Shown in pieces: positions 8,409-16,492 of a stretch of DNA of 32,000 bases. The notes below the pieces were generated by a model. The model saw nothing but the letters and a program-made list of their open reading frames with translations, was not told the origin of the DNA and ran no database searches. Each line of letters starts with the position of its first letter. Positions within the stretch are counted from its first letter, which is position 1. The translations under genes were made by a program, and so were the position numbers. Source of the stretch: Thermodesulfobacteriota bacterium (GTDB lineage: Bacteria; Desulfobacterota; WTBG01; JAGOGO01). The stretch is taken from NCBI GenBank assembly GCA_026625185.1, contig CP113000.1, positions 2,115,622-2,147,621 on the forward strand, written 5' to 3'.

Positions 8409-8499
8409 TTTCGCTTTCGCTTCATGCTTCACTCTTTACGCTTTACCGCTTAATCCTTATCCCCTAATCCTTTGTTCTCGCTCTCTGCTCCTTGCTCTA
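8409..8499 (-). repeat. tandem degenerate heptamer array, ~13 units
   Basis: On the sense strand it reads ...GGTAAAG CGTAAAG AGTGAAG CATGAAG CGAAAG CGAAAATG. The 7-nt register holds from 8409 to 8499 and ends at the ATG at 8408. Confidence 0.8.
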
Positions 8500-8596
8500 A
8501 CGGCTTTAAACATTTCGGACAGACATCCAGTATCGCGCACACATTAAACCACTCGGTTATCTCCCCACAGTACGGGCAGGTTATTTCTATCGGCAT
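8450..8596 (-). CDS. small zinc-ribbon protein (48 aa; below the ORF-track cutoff)
   Basis: MPIEITCPYCGEITEWFNVCAILDVCPKCLKPL has CxxC...CxxC. Its ATG directly abuts the TAA of the preceding small ORF (8596/8597). Confidence 0.4.
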   Translation of the reverse strand: MPIEITCPYCGEITEWFNVCAILDVCPKCLKPLEQGAESENKGLGDKD

Positions 8597-8716
8597 TTAA
8601 TTCTCGGTATATTTATTCAGCCGATTGATTAATTTCGTGTGCCGCCGTCGGTCTACAAACAGCTTCACAACGTAACCAATTGCGTAAGCCCATACTATAA
8701 CGGCAAATATTTTCAT
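8597..8716 (-). CDS. small hydrophobic protein (39 aa; below the ORF-track cutoff)
   Basis: RBS AGAAGGGGGA, then ATG 8716. Translation MKIFAVIVWAYAIGYVVKLFVDRRRHTKLINRLNKYTEN (one TM segment). Confidence 0.4.
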   Translation of the reverse strand: MKIFAVIVWAYAIGYVVKLFVDRRRHTKLINRLNKYTEN

Positions 8717-8756
8717 CACATTCCCCCTTCTATGATAATGTGTTTTTCATCTTCCC

Positions 8757-9266
8757 TTAACCCTTTACCCTTAACCCTTGTGCTTCGCGTAGCTCATATT
8801 CAAACTTCTCCTTCGGCTTCTTATCCCCGCCGATCGCGATAATTTTCTCAATCGGCCATTTTTCTACCATCTCCCGGTCAACGCTTTTGGCGATTTTAAT
8901 CGCCTCATTCCAACCCAGGCTTTCTATTGCTTCCACCGCGTTCTTCGGGAGCGACAGCCTCGCCTCGGTCGTATGTATCACTATGCCGTGGGGCAGGGTG
9001 ACCTTTTCGGCTTTATTGAACAGTTCGGCCTTGTTTTTTTTCAGGCAGGTGATAAGCGTTTTCTCATCCATTGCCAGCGTTTCCTGGAGAGTCTCTATTT
9101 TTGCCTGATATTGTTTTCTGATCTCAGCAATTTGTTTTTCAACGTCCGCCTCGATGCGGGCTATACGTTTGACCAGATCACCGATATAGTAGAGGTGATC
9201 ATCTATCTCATCATGCAATACTTTTTGCTCATTGCTCATTGCTCTTAGCTCTTTAGGCAGCGTCAT
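8757..9266 (-). CDS. gam: Mu Gam-like host-nuclease inhibitor
   Basis: 169 aa. N-terminal coiled coil (IGDLVKRIARIEADVEKQIAEIRKQYQAKIETLQ), then a VTLPHGIVIHTTEARLSLP segment, which is the Gam family pattern. The position matches the Mu early region. An alternative start exists at 9239. Confidence 0.7.
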   Translation of the reverse strand: MTLPKELRAMSNEQKVLHDEIDDHLYYIGDLVKRIARIEADVEKQIAEIRKQYQAKIETLQETLAMDEKTLITCLKKNKAELFNKAEKVTLPHGIVIHTTEARLSLPKNAVEAIESLGWNEAIKIAKSVDREMVEKWPIEKIIAIGGDKKPKEKFEYELREAQGLRVKG

Positions 9267-9660
9267 GTTTACCCTCTTTCAGATTAAGCGACATCTGACC
9301 CAGCATCTCCGCCAGACTTACTTTTTGTATTTTTGCTGCCTGTGCCAAAATTTTCAGGCCGTGCCGTTTCTTTTTTTCCAGAAAGTTTGCCAGCTCTGAA
9401 CCAACACTCGCCAGATAATACCCGCCGCCATCCTTCGATGATACCGAGCAGATCGGCACGCCATCCCAGCGCAGTTCAGTGATCAATCTGCGCAGCAGCC
9501 GGGTGTCGTTGATCCGGTTATTCCACCCTTCCTTAAAGACTTCCTCATGCAGCTCGCCCATGCCGATCGCCTTCTCCACTCCGATGTGGTTTTTCGTAAG
9601 CTCGACCAGGATGCGTTGTTTATAAAATTCTTTATCTTCCTGACTTATCGGCGGCTTCAT
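9253..9660 (-). CDS. winged-helix-like phage early protein
   Basis: 135 aa. RLLRRLITELRWDGVPICSVSSKDGGGYYLA resembles a wHTH recognition helix plus wing. No family assigned. Confidence 0.5.
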   Translation of the reverse strand: MKPPISQEDKEFYKQRILVELTKNHIGVEKAIGMGELHEEVFKEGWNNRINDTRLLRRLITELRWDGVPICSVSSKDGGGYYLASVGSELANFLEKKKRHGLKILAQAAKIQKVSLAEMLGQMSLNLKEGKHDAA

Positions 9661-9777
9661 GGGTTGCCTCCTTGTGTTTTGGCCTGCTCTTTCGGAAACC
9701 TCAATTTATACCAGCAACTTACACAAACCCTTTTTTCTCTGTATTTCATGAGGTTATGGGCTTCTTTCCCGCACTCC

Positions 9778-10212
9778 TCACATTCCTTGCTGAATAAGTC
9801 TTTTTGCTTCATTCTTTTCGCCTTCGCTGATTTTCATTATCACCGCGATGAGTCGCTCCAATGTGACCACACTGCGGCACCAGTCGAGCCGCTCGACCCC
9901 GCATATTTTTTTAACCAATCCGGCAAGCCGATTTTCTCCGTTCTGTATTTTTGTGGTTTCATCCAGTACCCGTTGTCGTAAAGCCTTTATCTGCGCGTTC
10001 GGCTTAGATTGCCATCCCAAGAATTTAAAAAATTTGATTAGCTTTTCGAGGTCTTCAAATCTCAGATCTGCCGCGGTTGTAACGCTGAACCCTTCAAGGA
10101 TCGCGTCATACTCGTGCTCTTTAAGCCCCAGCTCTTTTTTCGCGATGTGCACCTTCGCCAGCATCGCCCGCCGAATCCTCGGATTTTGTATTGTTTTTTT
10201 CGACTTTTTCAT
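9778..10212 (-). CDS. gemA: GemA / Mu gp16-like regulatory protein (DUF1018)
   Basis: RRAMLAKVHIAKKELGLKEHEYDAILEGFSVTTAADL matches the gp16/GemA N-terminal signature. Confidence 0.8.
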   Translation of the reverse strand: MKKSKKTIQNPRIRRAMLAKVHIAKKELGLKEHEYDAILEGFSVTTAADLRFEDLEKLIKFFKFLGWQSKPNAQIKALRQRVLDETTKIQNGENRLAGLVKKICGVERLDWCRSVVTLERLIAVIMKISEGEKNEAKRLIQQGM

Positions 10213-10260
10213 CTCACCCTTGAACCCTTAAACTCTTGAACCCTTGAACCTTTCTTATAA
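10213..10260 (-). repeat. tandem octamer array (TGAACCCT on the plus strand, 6 units) abutting the gemA start
   Basis: ctcaccct tgaaccct taaactct tgaaccct tgaacctt tcttataa, immediately 5' of ATG 10212 on the sense strand. Confidence 0.8.
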
Positions 10261-10713
10261 TATTTCCATCCGATATTTATCCCGGCTCGTTACAGCGTAA
10301 ACATGTTCGGTGCCCATGCCGGTTTTGCGTCTTCCAGCCCTGTTTAAATATCCGCTCCGATACAGGCGGGTGATAATTTTGGTCACGTAGCTTTTCTCGG
10401 GCGCGCCGGAAATGCGTTGAATATCCGATACCGTAAACCGGCTGATTGACACGTAGATGGCCTTTAAAATTTTTTGTCGGATGCCGTCCTGGTATCCCGG
10501 TTTCCATTTGTGGTTGTAACGATAAATGTCCGCATCTGGGTCGGTGATAACCTCACCGCGCTCGATAAAATCTTTGAGCGCGGCATACACTTTGATGCGA
10601 TCCGGCCCCACCGGGATATCAAGCCCTGTGTAAATCGACTCCCTTGTAAAAAATGGGCGTTTTTGTTCTCTCATCCACGCGCGCATTTGTTTTGCCAGTC
10701 CGGTTTTTTTCAT
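10255..10713 (-). CDS. winged-helix DNA-binding phage early protein
   Basis: 152 aa. FTVSDIQRISGAPEKSYVTKIITRLYRSGYLNRAG has a MarR-like wHTH pattern. ATGA-type overlap with the MuB-like gene (10710-10713). Confidence 0.5.
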   Translation of the reverse strand: MKKTGLAKQMRAWMREQKRPFFTRESIYTGLDIPVGPDRIKVYAALKDFIERGEVITDPDADIYRYNHKWKPGYQDGIRQKILKAIYVSISRFTVSDIQRISGAPEKSYVTKIITRLYRSGYLNRAGRRKTGMGTEHVYAVTSRDKYRMEIL

Positions 10714-11399
10714 TTTGTGCCCGTTATTTCTTTTACCAGGTCAAGGCTCACCTCGGTTAATCCGCTCGCCCGCATCGCCCGCTCAATCGTGATTGACGCG
10801 GTCAGCACTGGTCTCCAGTCACCGTTTGAGTGCTTATGGAGCGCGGTTACAACCTCCGGAGCCGGTTTGATCTCCAGGGCTTTTCGCAAAAAAAGCACAA
10901 TGTCCGGCTGGGTAAGCGGCGAGAATCCCATCCTCCTCCGTATTCGGGAGGAGAGACGCCGACGGCTCTCGATTTTTCCTTTCATTCCTTCTTCTCCGAT
11001 CAGCAGCACCGGGCAGGAGTAGCGTTCATTGAGGTTGCGCAGCATCTCCAAAACCTGCATGGCGAGCAAATCCGCTTCGTCAATGATGATCAGCCGCCGG
11101 TCTTTTGCCATCTCGTCGCCGATAATGGTGAGGCAGGTCTCGGACCGGCCCGGGCGCACCGTGCAAAGCTCAAAAGTGATCTCCCGCAGGAGCATCGGGG
11201 CGCTCCGGATATTGAGCGGAGGCAGATAAATCGCGGTTCCCCTCGCGGCGTATTGTTTCGCGGCCTCGGATTTACCTCTGCCTGCCGGGCCGGTGACCAT
11301 CGCGAGCGACGGCCCGATCAGGCTTTGCGGGTCTTCGAGTTCCGCGCAGATGTCGTTAAATTTGGTAATATTTTGCGTCTGGATAAATTCATTTTTCAT
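10710..11399 (-). CDS. MuB-like AAA+ ATPase (transposition target-DNA activator)
   Basis: Walker A VTGPAGRGKSEAAK, Walker B LIIIDEADLL. It lies immediately downstream of the transposase. Confidence 0.85.
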   Translation of the reverse strand: MKNEFIQTQNITKFNDICAELEDPQSLIGPSLAMVTGPAGRGKSEAAKQYAARGTAIYLPPLNIRSAPMLLREITFELCTVRPGRSETCLTIIGDEMAKDRRLIIIDEADLLAMQVLEMLRNLNERYSCPVLLIGEEGMKGKIESRRRLSSRIRRRMGFSPLTQPDIVLFLRKALEIKPAPEVVTALHKHSNGDWRPVLTASITIERAMRASGLTEVSLDLVKEITGTK

Positions 11400-11409
11400 T
11401 GCTCCTCCT

Positions 11410-11451
11410 TGCTGTTTGCTCTCTTTGCTCTTAGCTCTTTGCTCTTTGCGC
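11410..11451 (-). repeat. tandem heptamer array (GCAAAGA on the sense strand, ~6 units) between the transposase and the MuB-like gene
   Basis: Plus strand: tgctgtt tgctctc tttgctc ttagctc tttgctc tttgcgc. AAGGAGG plus ATG 11399 follows on the sense strand. Confidence 0.8.
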
Positions 11452-13673
11452 TACAACCCCATCTCCCTTGCTACCTCCCAGTACTCCCGCTGATCCGCAG
11501 GCATTGCTGCCTCGTGCATCTCCATCCACTCTCTGTCCTCCGCGGTCAGTTCCCCGCCTGCTTTTTGATATTTGAAACACCACTCATGTCTTTCCAATTC
11601 CGACAAAAAGTATTTCGGTCTCGGAGGCAGCGGTTTTTTGCGGATTTGCATCTCCGCGGCCTGTGTTGTTTCTTCGAGCGCGGCAACTTCCGCCTCCATC
11701 TCATCAGGCGTGCGCTGCCGATAGAGTTCGGTCTGCGCGGCAACCTTTTTGCGCCGTTCATCACCGACTATGGCCGCGGCTTTTTCAAGCGCCGGGACGT
11801 TGGAGTATTTTCTAAAATCCGGTACCCGTGAGGTAAGCTCGTGGTATTTTTGAGAGAATTCTTTGCGCCGTTTTGCTTTTTCTTCGATTTTTCGCTCCGC
11901 TAATTCATGGTCTTTCATTGAGGAGTACTCGACCAGTTCGGCGCTGGAAACAAATTCTCCCTGATAAAAAACCAGGATGTCGTCCGGATCCACCGGGTCG
12001 TATCGGAGATCAACCGAATTTCCGTGAAACGGAATTAACGCGTCACTTTCATATTGTTTTCCCTGGAAGGTGATCCGGCCCCGGTCAACTTTGCGGCTCG
12101 CGCGGGGGAGAAAGAGTATGTTAATCGCGTCGTCTGATAATTTTACCGGCCGCCAGCTCTCGTGCAGATAGCACGCTTCAAGGCATTGGATCGGAGTCGC
12201 GCTTTTTGGTTTCGGTTGACCACGCCATTCTTTGAGCACGCCTCGATGCGTCTTTTCCCGGTTGTAATAATCGGCGGCCAGGTACATGGCCAGGACAAAC
12301 TCTCTGTAGGTAGTGAGCTTGCCGGATCTGGCCAGGCTCTCGATTTCTTTCTGGTCAATATCCTGATGCTCGCTCGGAGCGGTGAGTCGTTTGACATTTC
12401 CGGGCAGGAGGAAGCGGTTCCGCATGATGCCTTCTAAAACATTGTTTGTGCCCTCGATCATTTTCGCTTTCGCGTTTTTTACGATCGCCCTCCGGTGTTC
12501 GCCGGGCATGACAAACGCGGGCATGATCTCCTCCGGGTCCTGGCCGTTAAGATCGATGGGGTAATCAATTTCTCTCTCGACCGAAAGCCCCAGCGCTCGC
12601 ATGTCCTTCATAATACCTATGATGTAGCGGGAGTTTTCCGGTTTGCCGTTATCGGTATAGATATTTTTAAAAGCGCCGAAACACCGGATGCCGATGTGAA
12701 GCGCCATACCCATGAGCGCGGCGTCATAGCGCCGGTCTATGGCGATGCCGTAAATAATGCGCGTGCGCAAGTCCTGCCACATGTAGCATTCCGGTCTGAA
12801 TACCTCGCCGGTCTCCTCATCAACCACCCAAAAATCGAAGCGATGCTGGTCGCCCACCAGGATTTCAAAAGGTTCGAGGTCGGAGTAATCGCGAAGGATC
12901 GGTGGAAGCGTGTTGTCAAGCGCTCTTAGGCCTCCTTTCTGCAGGGCTAAGAGCTGGGGGTTAAGCCTTTTTTTAAGCCACCAGAGGGCTGATTCGTATG
13001 AACCGGTCTGCCATGATCGATTGTGCGCCTCTATTTTGAGGCACTTAAAGAGAGAGTCTTTGGATATCTTGCGGTGCGACCGCTTTAATACCATGCCCAG
13101 CCAGAAGTCAACCGCTTCTGGCGTCCAGACTTTTGGGGTTTTTCGGGTAGATTTCCGGTGAGTTAATCCTACGAGGCCCTGGGAATTATATTTCTTTAAC
13201 TTCTTATATATAGTTCTCCAGTCAACCTCGTGGCGTAGAGCCACGTTTTCTATCCAGGCGCGTTTTTTCCAGCCTGCGGGAGCGCGTTCGGCTTCCTGGA
13301 TAATGCGCACCCAGCGGGTAAATTTTTTATTCTTGAGGTCCTTTTCCGAGATGGAGTGTTCGGTGGTTTGAATCCGTGTGTCCCGGATGCCGGCAAGGCT
13401 CGTGTCCGGAAAATCGGTAAGCTTTCTTAACGCTATCAGCGCCGCTTCCGGCGCCAGCACGGGAAGCATCTCGGCTGAGGTCGGGGTTGATTTTTCGGCA
13501 ATTTTTTTCTGGATATCGGAAGGGAGGGAGGAGAGGAGATAATGCTTTGTCTTTCCGCCGTTGCCGGCTTCTGTTTTGTGCGGCCAGGCTTCTTTTTGTG
13601 CGCGCCGCATAATCGTGGTTTTGTTAAGTCCGGTGGTCTCCGCAAGCTTTTTGGCTGTATATGCAGATTTCAT
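11451..13673 (-). CDS. MuA-like DDE transposase
   Basis: 740 aa. N-terminal HTH (AKKLAETTGLNKTTIMRRAQKE). Candidate DDE triad contexts are VGDQHRFDFWVVD, IYTDNGKPENS and AKAKMIEGT. The long C-terminal region is typical of Mu-type transposases. Confidence 0.9.
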   Translation of the reverse strand: MKSAYTAKKLAETTGLNKTTIMRRAQKEAWPHKTEAGNGGKTKHYLLSSLPSDIQKKIAEKSTPTSAEMLPVLAPEAALIALRKLTDFPDTSLAGIRDTRIQTTEHSISEKDLKNKKFTRWVRIIQEAERAPAGWKKRAWIENVALRHEVDWRTIYKKLKKYNSQGLVGLTHRKSTRKTPKVWTPEAVDFWLGMVLKRSHRKISKDSLFKCLKIEAHNRSWQTGSYESALWWLKKRLNPQLLALQKGGLRALDNTLPPILRDYSDLEPFEILVGDQHRFDFWVVDEETGEVFRPECYMWQDLRTRIIYGIAIDRRYDAALMGMALHIGIRCFGAFKNIYTDNGKPENSRYIIGIMKDMRALGLSVEREIDYPIDLNGQDPEEIMPAFVMPGEHRRAIVKNAKAKMIEGTNNVLEGIMRNRFLLPGNVKRLTAPSEHQDIDQKEIESLARSGKLTTYREFVLAMYLAADYYNREKTHRGVLKEWRGQPKPKSATPIQCLEACYLHESWRPVKLSDDAINILFLPRASRKVDRGRITFQGKQYESDALIPFHGNSVDLRYDPVDPDDILVFYQGEFVSSAELVEYSSMKDHELAERKIEEKAKRRKEFSQKYHELTSRVPDFRKYSNVPALEKAAAIVGDERRKKVAAQTELYRQRTPDEMEAEVAALEETTQAAEMQIRKKPLPPRPKYFLSELERHEWCFKYQKAGGELTAEDREWMEMHEAAMPADQREYWEVAREMGL

Positions 13674-13831
13674 TTCCCCTCGCTCGAAAGCAGGGTTTCT
13701 CTATTATTAATTATTATATACCCCAAAATCGCTATCGCCAAACCGGCAAAATTAACCAGCGGAAACCAGGCTCCGTCCGAACAGGCGATTATAAATCCGC
13801 ACCAGAATAATATTTCTGCGATAAATTTCAT
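13670..13831 (-). CDS. small hydrophobic protein (53 aa; below the ORF-track cutoff), translationally coupled to the transposase
   Basis: ATG 13831 sits right after a heptamer array. Translation MKFIAEILFWCGFIIACSDGAWFPLVNFAGLAIAILGYIIINNRETLLSSEGK. Its TGA overlaps the transposase ATG (ATGA at 13670-13673). Confidence 0.4.
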   Translation of the reverse strand: MKFIAEILFWCGFIIACSDGAWFPLVNFAGLAIAILGYIIINNRETLLSSEGK

Positions 13832-13880
13832 TTTTACCCTTAACCCTTTAACCTTGAACCTTTTACCTTTACCCTTTCAG
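13832..13880 (-). repeat. tandem heptamer array (7 units, CTTWAMC on the plus strand)
   Basis: ttttacc cttaacc ctttaac cttgaac cttttac ctttacc ctttcag. It spans the stop of 13869..14366 and ends at ATG 13831. Confidence 0.8.
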
Positions 13881-14366
13881 CTTGAGCTCCCGTTTTAGTT
13901 TCAACACCTCGGTTATGTGTTCCTCTATTTTTCCCAGGGCCAGCTCCCGTAATTCGCAGCCGGTGATGACCTTTGCGTCTTCAGCCGCGGCAAAAGATTT
14001 TGCTATTTCCAGGGATTCGGTGATTTGCTGAACCGCGTAGACTAAATAGGCCGGCATGGGGTATCGAGTTGGTTTCGATAAATAATGATTAAATATATGG
14101 GTAGAGAGGGGCTTTTTTGAGTCGCCGAAATACTGATTTATCGCGTCAACCATCTGATCCCGGCTTAGATTTTTAGCGCGCATTGATTTTTTTACCGATG
14201 CGGCAACCTCGATACAGGCCTCCTCATAGCTTTCAAACGCTTTTGCCGGCTGTTGTGTGGCGCAGGCTTTTAAAATTTCTTCCTTTGCCCGCTGGTAGGT
14301 TTCGATTTTTGCGGTAAAATCCAGGTCTTTTTGTCGTGAGTCTATAAAAATCTTCTTTTTAGACAT
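13869..14366 (-). CDS. hypothetical early-region protein
   Basis: 165-aa ORF between the ner-like gene and the transposase. No motif recognised. Confidence 0.5.
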   Translation of the reverse strand: MSKKKIFIDSRQKDLDFTAKIETYQRAKEEILKACATQQPAKAFESYEEACIEVAASVKKSMRAKNLSRDQMVDAINQYFGDSKKPLSTHIFNHYLSKPTRYPMPAYLVYAVQQITESLEIAKSFAAAEDAKVITGCELRELALGKIEEHITEVLKLKRELKLKG

Positions 14367-14400
14367 TGACTTATGCCTTTTTTTAGGCTAATTATTTAGC

Positions 14401-14640
14401 TTAAAATCCACTTGCCGTTTTTGAGGTGACGCGCTTTGCCGGGTGCGCGTAATACTCGGGAAAAACATCTATGGGGTGTTTATCGATTGCCTCGGCGATT
14501 TTTGTCATCACACGATGTGAAATTCTTTTTTTCAGAACGATGTCTGAAACCGTTATCGCGGAAACCCCGATCTCTTTTGCGAGCGCACTTTGGGTGATGC
14601 CTTTTTTCTTAAGCCTGGCTTGTATGTCTGCGGGATGCAT
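14401..14640 (-). CDS. ner: Ner-like HTH DNA-binding regulator
   Basis: 79 aa. IQARLKKKGITQSALAKEIGVSAITVSDIV...IAEAIDKHPIDVFPEYY parallels Mu Ner/Nlp (HTH followed by a xWPxRY-like tail). It is the first gene of the early operon. Confidence 0.75.
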   Translation of the reverse strand: MHPADIQARLKKKGITQSALAKEIGVSAITVSDIVLKKRISHRVMTKIAEAIDKHPIDVFPEYYAHPAKRVTSKTASGF

Positions 14641-14844
14641 GGTTGCTCCTTGGTTTTTTTTGTCTATTTTTTTGATGTTGGGGTGTAATTCTTATCCTTT
14701 TGAGCTTGTTTTTTAGACTTCGTATGTTTAAGACTTATAGACTAACAAAATAAGCATGTCAAGCATTTTTTTATGCAGCACCACTAAAAAACCTATTTTT
14801 TATTTATTATATGTAAGTATTTATATTTATAATAAAATTTAACT

Positions 14845-14894
14845 GCATCACCTTGCACCACCTCCGTGCACCACCTTTAAATCAATGGTGATGC
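14845..14894. promoter_or_regulatory. candidate operator cluster in the ner / c divergent control region
   Basis: TGCACCACCT occurs twice, 13 bp apart (14854-14863 and 14867-14876). The pair is bracketed by the inverted pair GCATCACC (14845-14852) / GGTGATGC (14887-14894). A related TGCAGCACCAC lies at 14774-14784. Confidence 0.4.
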
Positions 14895-15509
14895 GTGAAA
14901 AATCGCATGAATAATGAGTCTCTTTTAAAAGATCGAACCCGATGGGCAATAAATTATATTTGTAAAAAGGAGCGTTACTCGAATGAGTCGCTTGGAAATT
15001 TGCTTGATATTAATAAAAATACAGTCTCAAGTTACCGGTTAACATATACCGTCCCTAATATTGCTTTTGTTCTAAAGTTTTGTGATAAATTTGGATTTAA
15101 CTATGAGTGGTTTATTTTTGGTAAGGGCGAGCCGTTTCCAGGAGCGAGAGCTGAATTCCCGGAGGTTTGCGGGCCGGAGCAACGCCAGCCGGTGGAGCTG
15201 AAGGCTACAATAACAGGTGATCAGACGGCAAATTATACAATGCCAGGTGTCGATCAATTTGGTCAGGCGGTTTCTCAATTAAAAACGATATTCGACAACC
15301 GCGATCCGACGTTTATCCAGGCTATAATGGCCAACCTGAACACTTTTGGGCGGGCCATTGAAGAAAACCAGGAATTACGTAATAAAATCAATTCACTGGA
15401 AAAAAGAATAGCCGAATTAGAGGCGGGGGTACAAAGGGAGGGTGGGGACGTTCGAGGCGATACCTCTGTAGAAGGGACTGGCCGCTCTACCGAAAAGAAG
15501 GCCGGGTGA
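14895..15509 (+). CDS. c-like phage repressor (CI-repressor-type HTH)
   Basis: LGNLLDINKNTVSSYRLTYTVPNIAFVLKFCDKFGFNYEWFIFGKGEPF matches the Phage_CI_repr HTH, which ends in WLxxGxG. It is divergent from ner. The start is either GTG 14895 or ATG 14907. Confidence 0.7.
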   Translation: MKNRMNNESLLKDRTRWAINYICKKERYSNESLGNLLDINKNTVSSYRLTYTVPNIAFVLKFCDKFGFNYEWFIFGKGEPFPGARAEFPEVCGPEQRQPVELKATITGDQTANYTMPGVDQFGQAVSQLKTIFDNRDPTFIQAIMANLNTFGRAIEENQELRNKINSLEKRIAELEAGVQREGGDVRGDTSVEGTGRSTEKKAG

Positions 15510-15557
15510 TTTATTTAATTTATTAAAGATATATGTAAAACAGGGCTTGGAGAGAAT

Positions 15558-16490
15558 GTGGTTAATAAAAAAAGGCTTTCTCCCATTTATTTGGATAAAA
15601 TAGATGCTTGTGAGGGGTCAAACATCGTCTATCTTCGGCCAAGTCGGAACCGTCGTCGTATAGTTTTTGGTTGGTATGGAGGAAAATTTAGTCATCTTGA
15701 GTGGCTACTGCCCTTACTACCACAATGTCATCACTATTGCGAGCCTTTCGCTGGGTCTGCTGCTGTTCTGTTGAACCGTGAACCTTCACCGGTTGAGACA
15801 TATAATGACATTGACGGAGACGTAGTTAACTTCTTTCGCGTACTGCGAGACCGCCGTGATGAAATCGTTAGGGCAATTGCTCTTACCCCCTTTTCCCGCG
15901 AGGAATACCATCTTGCTATTTACGGAAATACTAAAGCAATAACCGATGTAGAGCGAGCTCGACGCTTCTATATACGAGCCCGTCAAACACGAACGGGGCT
16001 TGCTCAAACTGCTTCGCTCGGTCGCTGGGCAAACTGCAAAAATACGAGCCGTGCCGGAATGTCTGGTGTGGTTTCCCGCTGGTTGGGTGGGGTTGATGCG
16101 CTGAATTTTATTGCGCAGCGTCTAATACGAGTCCAAATCGAAAACCGGCCAGCTGAGGATATGATTAGGCTTTACGATGCTAATAACACCTTGTTTTATT
16201 GCGATCCGCCCTATCTGCATGCTACACGTGGGGACTCAAAGGCTTATGGTTTTGAAATGGATGAGAGCCATCACCGAGAACTTGCCAAACTGCTAAATGA
16301 ATGCCGAGGAAAGGTGGCTCTGTCTGGTTACAACCACCCGCTTATGGATGACCTATACCCAAAGAAAAAATGGTTTAAAACAATGGGACCAGAAAAAACT
16401 ATTCATTCAACCAAGGGCACGAGATGTGAACTGCTCTGGACAAACTACGATCCCAACAAGGGAAGACAAAAAAAATTATTTGATAAATAA
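15558..16490 (+). CDS. Dam-family (D12 class) N6-adenine DNA methyltransferase
   Basis: FGWYGGK, the AdoMet motif EPFAGSAAVLLN and the catalytic FYCDPPYLHATRG (DPPY) appear in alpha-class order. GTG start with GGAGAG 5 nt upstream. Confidence 0.9.
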   Translation: MVNKKRLSPIYLDKIDACEGSNIVYLRPSRNRRRIVFGWYGGKFSHLEWLLPLLPQCHHYCEPFAGSAAVLLNREPSPVETYNDIDGDVVNFFRVLRDRRDEIVRAIALTPFSREEYHLAIYGNTKAITDVERARRFYIRARQTRTGLAQTASLGRWANCKNTSRAGMSGVVSRWLGGVDALNFIAQRLIRVQIENRPAEDMIRLYDANNTLFYCDPPYLHATRGDSKAYGFEMDESHHRELAKLLNECRGKVALSGYNHPLMDDLYPKKKWFKTMGPEKTIHSTKGTRCELLWTNYDPNKGRQKKLFDK

Positions 16491-16492
16491 AA

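Larger units (their letters stand above)
1..15509 (-). mobile_element. Mu-like transposable prophage, partial. Head genes continue off the left edge and the immunity region lies at 14.4-15.5 kb. The true left end may lie as far right as ~21416.
   Basis: The minus-strand gene order is collinear with phage Mu read backwards: protease/scaffold, gpG position, portal+MuF, TerL, gp27-like, lysis genes, gam, gemA, MuB-like ATPase, MuA-like DDE transposase, ner-like, divergent c-like repressor. Many ATGA or 8-nt start/stop overlaps link the genes. Confidence 0.85.

Noticed and set aside
10830-11831. 333-aa plus-strand ORF, the longest unexplained ORF in the track, together with similar plus-strand ORFs across 400-14700 (e.g. 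414-701, 720-1073, 9547-9981, 9848-10231, 10474-11022, 12495-12929, 13542-13898)
   Set aside because: They lie antisense to minus-strand genes that have clear family motifs (MuB-like, MuA-like, GemA and others). Their translations are R/S/L/P-rich and low in complexity, and none has a convincing RBS. I treated them as shadow ORFs.
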